Virus record (IMG/VR): IMGVR_UViG_3300044701_001985
DNA: 64,000 nt
Source: an uncultured virus (IMG/VR IMGVR_UViG_3300044701_001985)
Taxonomy: Duplodnaviria > Heunggongvirae > Uroviricota > Caudoviricetes
Strand: one strand, 5' to 3'
The position numbers and the translations under genes were made by a program. Of the stretch, positions 9,788 through 19,212 are shown piece by piece. The notes under the pieces are model-generated. The model saw only the letters and a program-made list of their open reading frames with translations. It was not told the DNA's origin and searched no databases. The number at the start of each line of letters is the position of its first letter. The first letter of the stretch is position 1.

Positions 9788-11173
9788 ATGTTCAATAACG
9801 AGCATCTGCAGGAAAAGTGGGCACCTATCCTCAACTATGAGGGTCTTGATCAAATCAAGGATTCCCATCGTAGAGCGGTAACCGCAACCCTGCTAGAAAA
9901 CCAAGAAAGATTTCTAAGAGAGCAGTCTGCATTCGAGCAGTCTGGTTCATTCCTTTCTGAAGCACCAACCAACGCTGTTGGTAATGGTGGTTACACTTCA
10001 GCTGGCGGTCAGACAGTTGCAGGTTTCGACCCTGTTCTGATCTCCCTAATTCGTCGTGCAATGCCTAACCTCGTTGCATACGATCTCGCAGGCGTTCAGC
10101 CAATGAGTGGTCCTACTGGACTCATCTTCGCAATGCGCTCCAAGTATGTTAACCAGAGTGGTACTGAAGCATTCTTCAATGAAGCAGATACTGCATTCTC
10201 TGGTCAAGATACAGGATACGACAACACCAATGGTTGGACCAATGGTGGTGTTGGTATGGGTACTACTGCTCAGGCAGGTTCAAACCCAGCTGTTCTAAAC
10301 CCAACTTCAACAGCAACTCAAACCGACTACAATGTTGGTCAGGGTATGCGTACAGATTACGCTGAGAATCTTGGCGTATCTGATCAGTTCAACGAGATGG
10401 CATTCTCAATCGAGAAAGTCACCGTAACTGCTAAGTCCAGAGCACTCAAGGCTGAGTACTCACTAGAGCTAGCACAAGACCTCAAGGCAATCCATGGTCT
10501 GAATGCTGAAGCAGAACTCGCAAATATTCTCTCAACAGAGATTCTTGCTGAGATCAACCGCGAAGTTATCAGAACCATCTACAAGACTGCTGAGCAGGGT
10601 GCTACTCTAAACACAGCAACTCCAGGTGTATTTGACCTAGATATCGACTCCAACGGTCGTTGGTCAGTTGAGAAGTTCAAAGGTCTACTCTTCCAAATCG
10701 AGCGCGATGCTAACCAGATCGCACAAAGAACTCGTAGAGGAAAGGGCAACGTTATCATGTGTTCCGCAGACGTTGCTTCCGCACTAAGCATGGCTGGTGT
10801 ACTTGATTACACCCCAGCTCTAAATGCAAACCTCAACGTTGACGACACTGGTAACACCTTCGCTGGTGTTCTAATGGGTAAGTGGAGAGTTTATATCGAT
10901 CCATATGCTGCAAACAACGCTGCTAACCAGTACTACGTTGTAGGTTATAAGGGTTCTTCCCCTTATGATGCAGGTCTGTTCTATTGCCCTTACGTTCCTC
11001 TCCAGATGGTACGTGCAGTTGGCGAGAACACCTTCCAGCCTAAGATCGGCTTTAAGACTCGCTATGGTATCGTTGCTAACCCATTCGCACAGGGTACAGA
11101 TGTTGGCGAAGGTGCTCTCACCACCAACAGCAACCGTTACTATAGAAGAGTTGCAGTTAAGAACCTCATGTGA
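9788..11173 (+). CDS. gp23: Major capsid protein
   Basis: GVQPMSGPTGLIFAMR, KSRALKAEYSLELAQDLKAIHG, FYCPYVPL, FQPKIGFKTRYG. Confidence 0.99.
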   Translation: MFNNEHLQEKWAPILNYEGLDQIKDSHRRAVTATLLENQERFLREQSAFEQSGSFLSEAPTNAVGNGGYTSAGGQTVAGFDPVLISLIRRAMPNLVAYDLAGVQPMSGPTGLIFAMRSKYVNQSGTEAFFNEADTAFSGQDTGYDNTNGWTNGGVGMGTTAQAGSNPAVLNPTSTATQTDYNVGQGMRTDYAENLGVSDQFNEMAFSIEKVTVTAKSRALKAEYSLELAQDLKAIHGLNAEAELANILSTEILAEINREVIRTIYKTAEQGATLNTATPGVFDLDIDSNGRWSVEKFKGLLFQIERDANQIAQRTRRGKGNVIMCSADVASALSMAGVLDYTPALNANLNVDDTGNTFAGVLMGKWRVYIDPYAANNAANQYYVVGYKGSSPYDAGLFYCPYVPLQMVRAVGENTFQPKIGFKTRYGIVANPFAQGTDVGEGALTTNSNRYYRRVAVKNLM

Positions 11174-11196
11174 TCTAAGATCCATAAGGTCTGTTC

Positions 11197-11221
11197 AGAG
11201 GGTCTTCGGACCCTCTTTTTT
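11197..11221 (+). terminator. Rho-independent terminator after gp23
   Basis: AGAGGGTC-TTCG-GACCCTCT followed by a T run. Confidence 0.9.
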
Positions 11222-11227
11222 ATTGGG

Positions 11228-11256
11228 TTGACTAAACAAACATCTTATCTTATAAT
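11228..11256 (+). promoter_or_regulatory. Sigma70-type early promoter
   Basis: TTGACT-N17-TATAAT. Confidence 0.85.
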
Positions 11257-11281
11257 CTGATCATAGTCACAGTTTAAAAGT

Positions 11282-11551
11282 ATGTCTTCTATAATTACTG
11301 GCGGTCCAGTACATAATTATAAATTCAAATCTCTTTCAAACAGAAAAGGTAAATCTGCAAACTATCCCTGGTATAGTACTCCAGTTGGTGGTTGGTTTTT
11401 TAAAGCAGTATCAAAAGAAGATCTTGATAATGATAAAGGTCGTCCAGGATTTCCAAAAGGTCTTTCTCAAAAAGGAATTAAGTGGAAATCTGAACGGGTA
11501 TTTTGTGAAGAAACTAAACAGTATGGTTATTACTGTGAGCGAGTAAAATAA
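11282..11551 (+). CDS. Small basic hypothetical protein in its own transcription unit
   Basis: 89 aa ORF between a dedicated promoter and terminator. Confidence 0.75.
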   Translation: MSSIITGGPVHNYKFKSLSNRKGKSANYPWYSTPVGGWFFKAVSKEDLDNDKGRPGFPKGLSQKGIKWKSERVFCEETKQYGYYCERVK

Positions 11552-11553
11552 AC

Positions 11554-11580
11554 AAGAGGGTCTTCGGGCCCTCTTTTTTT
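11554..11580 (+). terminator. Rho-independent terminator, near copy of 11197-11221
   Basis: AAGAGGGTC-TTCG-GGCCCTCTT followed by a T run. Confidence 0.9.
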
Positions 11581-11605
11581 ATCTAAATACTTAGAAAAGG
11601 AAAAA

Positions 11606-12175
11606 ATGGCTGGTATATCTAAAGGATTTTTAGATTCTCAAATAAAAAATAGAAACTTTTTAGCTCCAACAGGATTTAAATTTACTCTGACTAGAGCACC
11701 AAAAGTTGCTTTTTTCAGTAACACATCAAATATTCCTGGAATTTCTTTAGGAGTTGCTAATCAACCATCATACTTAAAAGATATTGATATTCCTGGAGAT
11801 AAGTTATCTTTTGATGATTTTTCTCTAAGATTTTTGGTAGATGAAAATCTAGAGAATTATATGGAAATACAAAATTGGATGCGTGGTTTGGGATTTCCAG
11901 AAAGTCTAAAAGAGATCAGAGATTTGCAAAGAGAATATAAGTATGTCGATACTAGAGATTCAAAATTAATGAATATATATTCGGATGGTACATTATTAGT
12001 ATTCAATAGTTCATATAAAACTCAATTTAAAGTGCAGTTTAATGATTTATTCCCAGTAAATTTATCAGCACTAGAATTTGATGCAACAGACACTGGGGTA
12101 GAATACTTTACAGCGGAAGTAACATTCAAGTATACTTTATATAACCTATTTGATGCAAAAGATAAGAGACTATGA
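11606..12175 (+). CDS. gp3: Tail completion / tube terminator protein
   Basis: NFLAPTGFKF, FLVDENLENYMEIQNW; cyanomyophage position before uvsY. Confidence 0.85.
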   Translation: MAGISKGFLDSQIKNRNFLAPTGFKFTLTRAPKVAFFSNTSNIPGISLGVANQPSYLKDIDIPGDKLSFDDFSLRFLVDENLENYMEIQNWMRGLGFPESLKEIRDLQREYKYVDTRDSKLMNIYSDGTLLVFNSSYKTQFKVQFNDLFPVNLSALEFDATDTGVEYFTAEVTFKYTLYNLFDAKDKRL

Positions 12176-12609
12176 CATTTGATCTTGAATCGATCCAAAC
12201 CATGTGGGAAAGAGATTCCAAAATTGATCCAGATAATCTACATACAGAATCCTTAAATATTCCAATTTTACATGCAAAATATTTCGATCTTTATAATAAT
12301 ATTATTCTACTAAAAAAGAAGGCAGAACAGCAAAGAAGAAATATACGACACGAAAGGTATGAATATTACACAGGTAAAGCAGATCCAGACGTTTACCTAG
12401 AAAATCCATTCCCAAAGAAAATCAGAGATAAAGAAACACTACAAAAGTATCTGGATGCAGACAAATCACTTTCAAATATTTGTTTGAAAATAGACTACTA
12501 TGAAACTATGCTAAATTATATTGAGAGTATTTTAAAAATGATACAAAACAGAACGTATCAAATTAAGAATGCAATCGAAGTAATTAAGTTTCAGGCTGGG
12601 TATGGTTGA
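12172..12609 (+). CDS. uvsY: Recombination mediator UvsY
   Basis: LHAKY, YEYYTGK, NRTYQIKNAIE. Confidence 0.9.
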   Translation: MTFDLESIQTMWERDSKIDPDNLHTESLNIPILHAKYFDLYNNIILLKKKAEQQRRNIRHERYEYYTGKADPDVYLENPFPKKIRDKETLQKYLDADKSLSNICLKIDYYETMLNYIESILKMIQNRTYQIKNAIEVIKFQAGYG

Positions 12610-14074
12610 TAGTGCAAATCTGATTATAGAAAAGTCCAATGAGGTTTTCCTAAAAATTACAACTGAACCTCATATCGAATATGAACTAAGAGACTATTTT
12701 AAGTTTGAAGTACCCAATGCAAAATTCATGCCTCAATATAGAGGAAGAAATTGGAATGGAGAGATCCATTTATTCGATATGAGATCAAAACAAATTTACG
12801 TTGGTTTATTAGATAAAGTTATAAGTTTTTGTGATAATTACGGGTATAAGTATCAATTTAAAGATAATAAGTTCTATGGTCTTCCATATGAAGTAAATGA
12901 AACTATTTCATTTGAAGGAGTGAAGGACTATATGAATTCTATTTGTTCTCATTCCCCAAGACAGTATCAAATAGAGGGAGTATATGATGCTTTACGGCAC
13001 AATCGAAAGTTATTGATAAGTCCAACTGCGTCAGGAAAAAGTCTGATGATCTACGCCCTCGTGCGGTATTATGTGGATAAAGGTCAAAAAATTCTTTTAG
13101 TTGTTCCAACGACATCTCTTGTATCTCAGATAGTCGGGGATTTTCGTGATTACGGGTGGGACGCAGATTCATATTGTCATCAAATATATTCGGGTAGAGA
13201 GAAGTATAGTGATCTTCCTGTTACAGTTTCTACTTGGCAATCTATCTACAAATTAGAAAGATCATTCTTCGAAAAATACAATGTAATTATAGGCGATGAA
13301 GCTCATTTGTTCAAGAGCAAATCTCTTATATCAATAATGAGCAAATCTCATCATGCAAAATATAGATTTGGATTTACTGGAACATTGGATGGAACACAAA
13401 CTCATAAATGGGTTCTTGAGGGTTTATTTGGACCATCATATAAAGTAACTAGAACCGCAGAATTGATGGAGCAGGGACATCTATCTAAATTAGATATTCA
13501 ATGTTTGGTTCTAAAGCATAATCCGCAAAAGTTTGAAACTTATGAAGATGAGATTCAATATTTAATCTCTCATGATAAAAGAAACAATTTTATTAAAAAT
13601 TTAACTTTAGATTTAAAGGGAAATACATTAGTTTTGTATAGTAGAGTTTCTACTCATGGAGAACCATTATTTAATTTGATAAATAAGAATAAGAAAGATG
13701 ACCGTAAGGTATTTTTTGTACATGGTGGAGTTGATGCTGAAGAGAGAGAATTGGTTAGAGAAATTACTGAAAGAGAGAATAACGCAATTATTGTTGCATC
13801 TTACGGAACGTTTTCTACCGGAATTAACATTCGAAATTTGCATAATGTTATCTTTGCTTCTCCCAGCAAATCCAGAATAAGAAATCTACAATCAATAGGA
13901 AGAGTCCTTAGAAAAGGAAAAAATAAAACAAAGGCAATGCTTTATGATATATCTGACGATTGCACAGTGAACTCTAGAAAAAATTATACGTTAAATCATC
14001 TAATAGAAAGAATTAAAATTTATAACGAAGAAAAATTTAATTATGAAATAATCACTTTAAATTTTAAAAACTAA
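12602..14074 (+). CDS. uvsW: UvsW SF2 helicase
   Basis: SPTASGKS, GDEAH, GFTGT, QSIGRVLR. Confidence 0.96.
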   Translation: MVDSANLIIEKSNEVFLKITTEPHIEYELRDYFKFEVPNAKFMPQYRGRNWNGEIHLFDMRSKQIYVGLLDKVISFCDNYGYKYQFKDNKFYGLPYEVNETISFEGVKDYMNSICSHSPRQYQIEGVYDALRHNRKLLISPTASGKSLMIYALVRYYVDKGQKILLVVPTTSLVSQIVGDFRDYGWDADSYCHQIYSGREKYSDLPVTVSTWQSIYKLERSFFEKYNVIIGDEAHLFKSKSLISIMSKSHHAKYRFGFTGTLDGTQTHKWVLEGLFGPSYKVTRTAELMEQGHLSKLDIQCLVLKHNPQKFETYEDEIQYLISHDKRNNFIKNLTLDLKGNTLVLYSRVSTHGEPLFNLINKNKKDDRKVFFVHGGVDAEERELVREITERENNAIIVASYGTFSTGINIRNLHNVIFASPSKSRIRNLQSIGRVLRKGKNKTKAMLYDISDDCTVNSRKNYTLNHLIERIKIYNEEKFNYEIITLNFKN

Positions 14075-14463
14075 TGGAAGAAGATTTTTATGCTACTATT
14101 AAATTAAAAACCGGAGAAGAAATATTTGCAAAAGTTTCTGTTTCGGAAGAAAATCACGAAACGTTTCTTCTTATTACAAACCCAGTAGTATTATCTCCTA
14201 TTGTAATAAGAAGCTCGTTATCTGGTTATAAAGTAGAACCGTGGCTAAAAACAGCATCCGATGATATGTTTATCATAAAAATGTCTGACGTTATTACAAT
14301 CTCAGAATCATCAGACATTCAAATAATATCAATCTATCAGTCTTATGTAAGAGATAACGATAAATTTTCTAGCAGAAAGAATAAAATATCTAAAGAAATG
14401 GGATACGTAGCTAATATATCTGATGCTAAAGAAATATTAGAAAAGATATTTAAGAATAATTAA
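14074..14463 (+). CDS. Hypothetical protein (IKLKTGEEI N-terminus)
   Basis: Coupled to the uvsW stop; position between uvsW and gp55. Confidence 0.7.
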   Translation: MEEDFYATIKLKTGEEIFAKVSVSEENHETFLLITNPVVLSPIVIRSSLSGYKVEPWLKTASDDMFIIKMSDVITISESSDIQIISIYQSYVRDNDKFSSRKNKISKEMGYVANISDAKEILEKIFKNN

Positions 14464-14570
14464 AGCTATTATTTTTCTTCAAACCCAACAAAGGTATTAT
14501 AGTTATTATTTTTAAAGTTGTCAACTCTGAGGAGAAATGTTATAATATCTACATATAAGGTAGATACAAA

Positions 14571-15065
14571 ATGATTATCACTACAAATATGACCAAAAGA
14601 AAGAGGTCTGAACATTACGTCAACAACAAGGAATTTCTAGCTGCTTTAATTTCCTATAGAGAGAGTGTCGATCTAGCACTTGCCCAGGATAAACCAAAAC
14701 CTCCTATTCCTCGCTACATTGGAGAGTGTTTCCTGAAGATTGCTAATCACCTTTCCTTCAAACCAAACTTTGTGAACTATATGTTCAAGGAAGACATGAT
14801 TTCCGATGGAATTGAGAACTGCGTTCAATATATTCATAACTTCAATCCAGAGAAGTCACAAAATCCCTTTGCTTACTTTACTCAAATTATTCACTATGCT
14901 TTCCTTCGTCGTATTCAGAAAGAGAAAAAGCAGTTAGAGATCAAAAATAAAATCTTAGAAAGAACAGGATTTGATCAAGTTTTTGATGACAACTCACTTG
15001 ACGGAAGTAATTATAGCGACTATAATTCCATTAAAGACGCTGTACACTCAAAACTTCGTTATTGA
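14571..15065 (+). CDS. gp55: Late-transcription sigma factor
   Basis: HYVNNKEF, DMISDGIENC, NPFAYFTQI, AFLRRIQKEKKQ. Confidence 0.96.
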   Translation: MIITTNMTKRKRSEHYVNNKEFLAALISYRESVDLALAQDKPKPPIPRYIGECFLKIANHLSFKPNFVNYMFKEDMISDGIENCVQYIHNFNPEKSQNPFAYFTQIIHYAFLRRIQKEKKQLEIKNKILERTGFDQVFDDNSLDGSNYSDYNSIKDAVHSKLRY

Positions 15066-16106
15066 ATGAAAGTAGCAATTATTACTGACCAACACTTTGG
15101 AGCAAGAAAGAATTCAAAACTCTTTCACGATTATTTCCTAAAGTTTTACAATGATGTATTTTTCCCTACACTCGAAGAGCAAGGGATTACTACTGTTGTT
15201 GATATGGGAGATACTTTTGATAGTCGTAAAGGAATTGATTTCTCTGCTTTATCGTGGGCAAAGAATAATTACTATGACCGTCTTCAAGAGATGGGAGTAA
15301 AAGTTCATACAATTGTTGGTAATCATACTGCATATTATAAAAATACAAATGATGTAAATGCAGTTGATTTGTTATTGCGCGAATACGATAACGTAACTGT
15401 TTATTCAGATCCAACTGAAGTGATGTTGGGTCAATTACCCGTACTTTTTATACCCTGGATTAATCAAGAAAATGAAGAACGCACTCTTAAACTTATTAAA
15501 AATACAACTTGCAAGTGTGCGATGGGGCACCTTGAACTCCAGGGATTTAGAGTTAATCGACAAATCCTCATGGAGCATGGTTTGGAAAGCAAACTATTTG
15601 GTAAGTTCGAGCGTGTCTACTCGGGACACTATCACACTAGATCGGATAACGGGACGGTCTTCTATCTAGGAAATCCATATGAAATGTTCTGGACAGATGT
15701 TGGAGATACTAGAGGGTTTCATATCTTCGATACTGATTCTGTAAATCACGAACCAATTAATAATCCTCATAGGTTATTTTATAATATCTATTATGAAGAC
15801 ACTCCTTATCAAACGTTTGATTCTCGTGAATATGAGAACAAGATTGTTAGGGTAATAGTTCGTAAGAAAACGGATATTAAAAAGTTTGAAAAGTTTATTG
15901 ATAAATTATATTCTTCAAATGTTGCGGAACTCAAGGTAGTAGAAAACTTTCAGATCGAAGCAAATGAAGAATTTGAAGCCTTCGAATCGGAAGACACGCT
16001 ATCCATACTGAATAGATATATATTAGAGTCTGAAATAAATCTTGATAAAGCAAAAATTCAAGAAATGATTTCGGAGGTATATAAAGAAGCTTGCGAATTA
16101 GTGTAG
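15066..16106 (+). CDS. gp47: Recombination nuclease (Mre11/SbcD-like)
   Basis: TDQHFG, GDTFD, VGNH, SGHYH phosphoesterase motifs. Confidence 0.96.
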   Translation: MKVAIITDQHFGARKNSKLFHDYFLKFYNDVFFPTLEEQGITTVVDMGDTFDSRKGIDFSALSWAKNNYYDRLQEMGVKVHTIVGNHTAYYKNTNDVNAVDLLLREYDNVTVYSDPTEVMLGQLPVLFIPWINQENEERTLKLIKNTTCKCAMGHLELQGFRVNRQILMEHGLESKLFGKFERVYSGHYHTRSDNGTVFYLGNPYEMFWTDVGDTRGFHIFDTDSVNHEPINNPHRLFYNIYYEDTPYQTFDSREYENKIVRVIVRKKTDIKKFEKFIDKLYSSNVAELKVVENFQIEANEEFEAFESEDTLSILNRYILESEINLDKAKIQEMISEVYKEACELV

Positions 16107-16107
16107 T

Positions 16108-16386
16108 ATGTTTATACTTACAATTTATGGTAAAGAAGATGAAGGTGCATATTCTGTAGTTAATGAAGAAGGAAATAGTGTACTCTATATTTTTGAAGAA
16201 GAAGATGATGCGTTGAGATTTTCTATAATGTTGGAGGAGGAGGATTATCCCCTAATGAACGTTATAGAAGTAGATGATGAAGTCTTAATAAAAACCTGCG
16301 ATATTCATGGATATGAGTATGCTATAATAACAAAAAATGATCTTGTAATTCCACCAAAATTGACTAAAAGCAATGATTCTATTTGA
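16108..16386 (+). CDS. Acidic hypothetical protein
   Basis: 92 aa ORF filling the gp47-gp46 gap. Confidence 0.7.
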   Translation: MFILTIYGKEDEGAYSVVNEEGNSVLYIFEEEDDALRFSIMLEEEDYPLMNVIEVDDEVLIKTCDIHGYEYAIITKNDLVIPPKLTKSNDSI

Positions 16387-18085
16387 AAAAATTCGTTGGA
16401 AAAATTTTCTTTCTACGGGAAATCAATTTACTGAAATAACATTAAATGAAAATAATACTACACTAATCATAGGATCTAATGGTGCTGGTAAGAGTACAAT
16501 TCTTGATGCTCTTACTTTTGGTTTATTTGGAAAATCTTTTAGGAAGATTAATAAACCTCAGCTGGTAAATTCTACTAATGAAAGAGACTGTCTAGTTGAA
16601 ATTGAATTCTCTATTGGATCTATTTCTTGGAAAGTTGTTAGAGGAATAAAACCAAATGTATTTGAGATCTATAGAAACGGATCAAAACTGGATCAAAACT
16701 CTTCTGCAGTAGATCAACAGAAGTATCTGGAACAATCCATTTTGAAAATGAATTACAAATCCTTTACTCAGATTGTAATTTTGGGTAGTAGTAATTTTGT
16801 TCCATTTATGCAACTTCCAACTCCAAGTCGCAGGGAAGTTATTGAAGATTTATTGGATATTAAAATTTTTTCTTCAATGAACATTATCATTAAGGAAAAA
16901 ATTCGCACTCTTAAAGAAGAAATTAAAACACTTGAATTAAAGAAAGAGACGATCAAAGATAAAGTTGAAATGCAAAAAAACTTTATCGAAGAAATTGAAA
17001 ACTTAGGTAAGAAAAATATAGAAGAAAAAAATATTTCCATTATGTCTCTTACGGAAGAGATTGGATATTTAATGTCTGATAATGAATCTGTAGAAGATCC
17101 ACTTAGAGAACTCATTCGAGAGCAAGATGCTATTACTGGATACGCGGAGAAACTTCGCAAGTTAGGAAACCTTAAAGGTAAAATATCTCAAAAAGTATCT
17201 ACTATTACACAAGAGCATAAGTTTTTTACTGAGAATACGGTATGCCCTACATGTACTCAGTCAATCGAGGAGACCTTCAGAATAAATAGAATTAAGGACG
17301 CTCAAGATAAAGCAAAAGAGTTGCAATCTGGTTATAAAGAACTGGAGGAGGCAATTAAAGAGGAAGAGGAGCGAGAGCGTCAATTTAATACTCTAACGAA
17401 GGAGATTTCAAAACTAACGAATGGTATTTCTCAAAACAATATTAAGATTAATGGATTACGGAGACAAATCCGAAATCTTGAATCTGAAATTCAAACAATT
17501 ACCGAGAACCTTGCAAACAGAAATTCTGAACATGAGAAGTTAGAATCCTTCAAAGACAATTTAAGAACTACATACGACGAGCTCGCTTCTAAAAAAGATA
17601 CAATAAACTATTGCGATTTTTCGTATAGTTTACTCAAAGACGGTGGAGTTAAATCCAAAATCATTAAGAAGTATTTGCCGCTGATAAATCAGCAAGTTAA
17701 CCGTTATCTTCAGATGATGGATTTTTATATTAATTTTACTCTTGATGAAGAATTTAACGAAACCGTCCAATCACCAATTCATGAAGATTTTTCGTACTCT
17801 TCGTTTAGTGAAGGTGAAAAGCAAAGAATTGACTTAGCACTTTTATTTACGTGGAGAGAAGTTGCTAAGTTTAAAAATTCTACAAATACAAACCTATTAA
17901 TCTTAGATGAAGTATTTGATTCATCTCTAGATGGATTTGGGACAGAAGACTTCTTAAAAATAATCAGATATGTAATTAAAGACGCTAACGTTTTTATTAT
18001 ATCTCATAAAGAATCTCTACATGATAAATTCAACTCAACAATAAAGTTTGAAAAAATCAAGAACTTTTCATATAAAAAATCATGA
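16373..18085 (+). CDS. gp46: Recombination ATPase (Rad50/SbcC-like)
   Basis: GSNGAGKST, CPTC zinc hook, FSEGEKQR signature, LILDE. Confidence 0.97.
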   Translation: MILFEKIRWKNFLSTGNQFTEITLNENNTTLIIGSNGAGKSTILDALTFGLFGKSFRKINKPQLVNSTNERDCLVEIEFSIGSISWKVVRGIKPNVFEIYRNGSKLDQNSSAVDQQKYLEQSILKMNYKSFTQIVILGSSNFVPFMQLPTPSRREVIEDLLDIKIFSSMNIIIKEKIRTLKEEIKTLELKKETIKDKVEMQKNFIEEIENLGKKNIEEKNISIMSLTEEIGYLMSDNESVEDPLRELIREQDAITGYAEKLRKLGNLKGKISQKVSTITQEHKFFTENTVCPTCTQSIEETFRINRIKDAQDKAKELQSGYKELEEAIKEEEERERQFNTLTKEISKLTNGISQNNIKINGLRRQIRNLESEIQTITENLANRNSEHEKLESFKDNLRTTYDELASKKDTINYCDFSYSLLKDGGVKSKIIKKYLPLINQQVNRYLQMMDFYINFTLDEEFNETVQSPIHEDFSYSSFSEGEKQRIDLALLFTWREVAKFKNSTNTNLLILDEVFDSSLDGFGTEDFLKIIRYVIKDANVFIISHKESLHDKFNSTIKFEKIKNFSYKKS

Positions 18086-18921
18086 GAAAATTTGTTTGTA
18101 TGTGTGGACTTCCTAGAACGGGGTCCACTTTATTAGTGAATGTATTAAATCAAAATCCACATGTTACTATATCTCCAGATTCCATATTGGGATCGATAGT
18201 TCAATCAGCACAAAATCAATTCACTGATGCTGTTCGTGAATCTCAATATGACGCTGAAACTTCTTATGATTTAATTAAAAATTTTTGTAGATCGGGTGTT
18301 AATTCTTGGATTGATACTATTTGCGATACGGATATTTACATTGATAAATGCAGAAGCTGGTCTCATGAATTAGATTTTCTATTTAATCTATTCCCAGACA
18401 TAAAGATTATCTATACTATTCGAGATTTAAGAGGAATAATTTCATCATTAGAGAAAGTTCATAAGAAAACTATGATGAGCTATAAGGATGAAATGTATTT
18501 TGGTGAACAAAATTATGATTATAATAAAGAAGATCTCTATAAAATTAGAATCAAATCTTTAATGGATTCTGGAATGATAAGAAAGAATCTAATATGCCTA
18601 AAGGAAATGCTAGATGTTCGTCCTGAATATTTGAAAAGAATAAAAATAGTAAAGTATGAGAATTTTATTTTAGATCCAGAAAAAACTCTAGAATCTATTT
18701 GGGAGTATCTTGGAGAGAGATTTTATGGACATGATTTGAATAATATTAAGCAGGTTGACTATAATGATACGGTATTTTTGCCTTATGGTAATCATAGAAT
18801 AAAGGAAAGATTAGAAAAGTTTGATCCATATGACTTCAGTTTTATGCCCAAAAAACTTCAAGAGGAAATGATGTTTGATCATCCATGGTATTATGAAAAT
18901 TTTTACGAGGACCAGATTTAA
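18082..18921 (+). CDS. Sulfotransferase-family protein
   Basis: GLPRTGSTLL 5'-PSB motif; IYTIRDLRGIISS 3'-PB motif; VKYENF. Confidence 0.8.
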   Translation: MRKFVCMCGLPRTGSTLLVNVLNQNPHVTISPDSILGSIVQSAQNQFTDAVRESQYDAETSYDLIKNFCRSGVNSWIDTICDTDIYIDKCRSWSHELDFLFNLFPDIKIIYTIRDLRGIISSLEKVHKKTMMSYKDEMYFGEQNYDYNKEDLYKIRIKSLMDSGMIRKNLICLKEMLDVRPEYLKRIKIVKYENFILDPEKTLESIWEYLGERFYGHDLNNIKQVDYNDTVFLPYGNHRIKERLEKFDPYDFSFMPKKLQEEMMFDHPWYYENFYEDQI

Positions 18922-18990
18922 AACCGTCCACTAAAATTTTAAATCACTCAGATACATAGTATTGTAGTTTGGTTAGTGGGAGAATGTGAA

Positions 18991-19212
18991 GTGAACACTC
19001 CAAATTGGCAGCATCACTCCAAGAAGGATCAGAAACGAAAACTTAAACCGCAAGCACTGAGGCAAGCAAAAGCAAGACTAGCCCAGTTCAAAAAGCGTCA
19101 CATGGGTCGTCCGAAGGGCGACCTTTCGTTTTATGATACCTGCATACGCAACAAACCCAATGTCCATCCGCCACGAAATCAAGTCTCAACTCGCCAAACT
19201 GCTTGCTACTGA
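18991..19212 (+). CDS. Small basic hypothetical protein
   Basis: GTG start, TPNWQHHSKK...LKPQALR; 3' end overlaps the next gene. Confidence 0.55.
   Translation: MNTPNWQHHSKKDQKRKLKPQALRQAKARLAQFKKRHMGRPKGDLSFYDTCIRNKPNVHPPRNQVSTRQTACY

Noticed and set aside
8736..11185. Minus-strand ORFs over gp22/gp23, and similar ones over cobS and nrdA
   Set aside because: Antisense shadows of biased codon usage; no RBS, promoter or recognisable motifs
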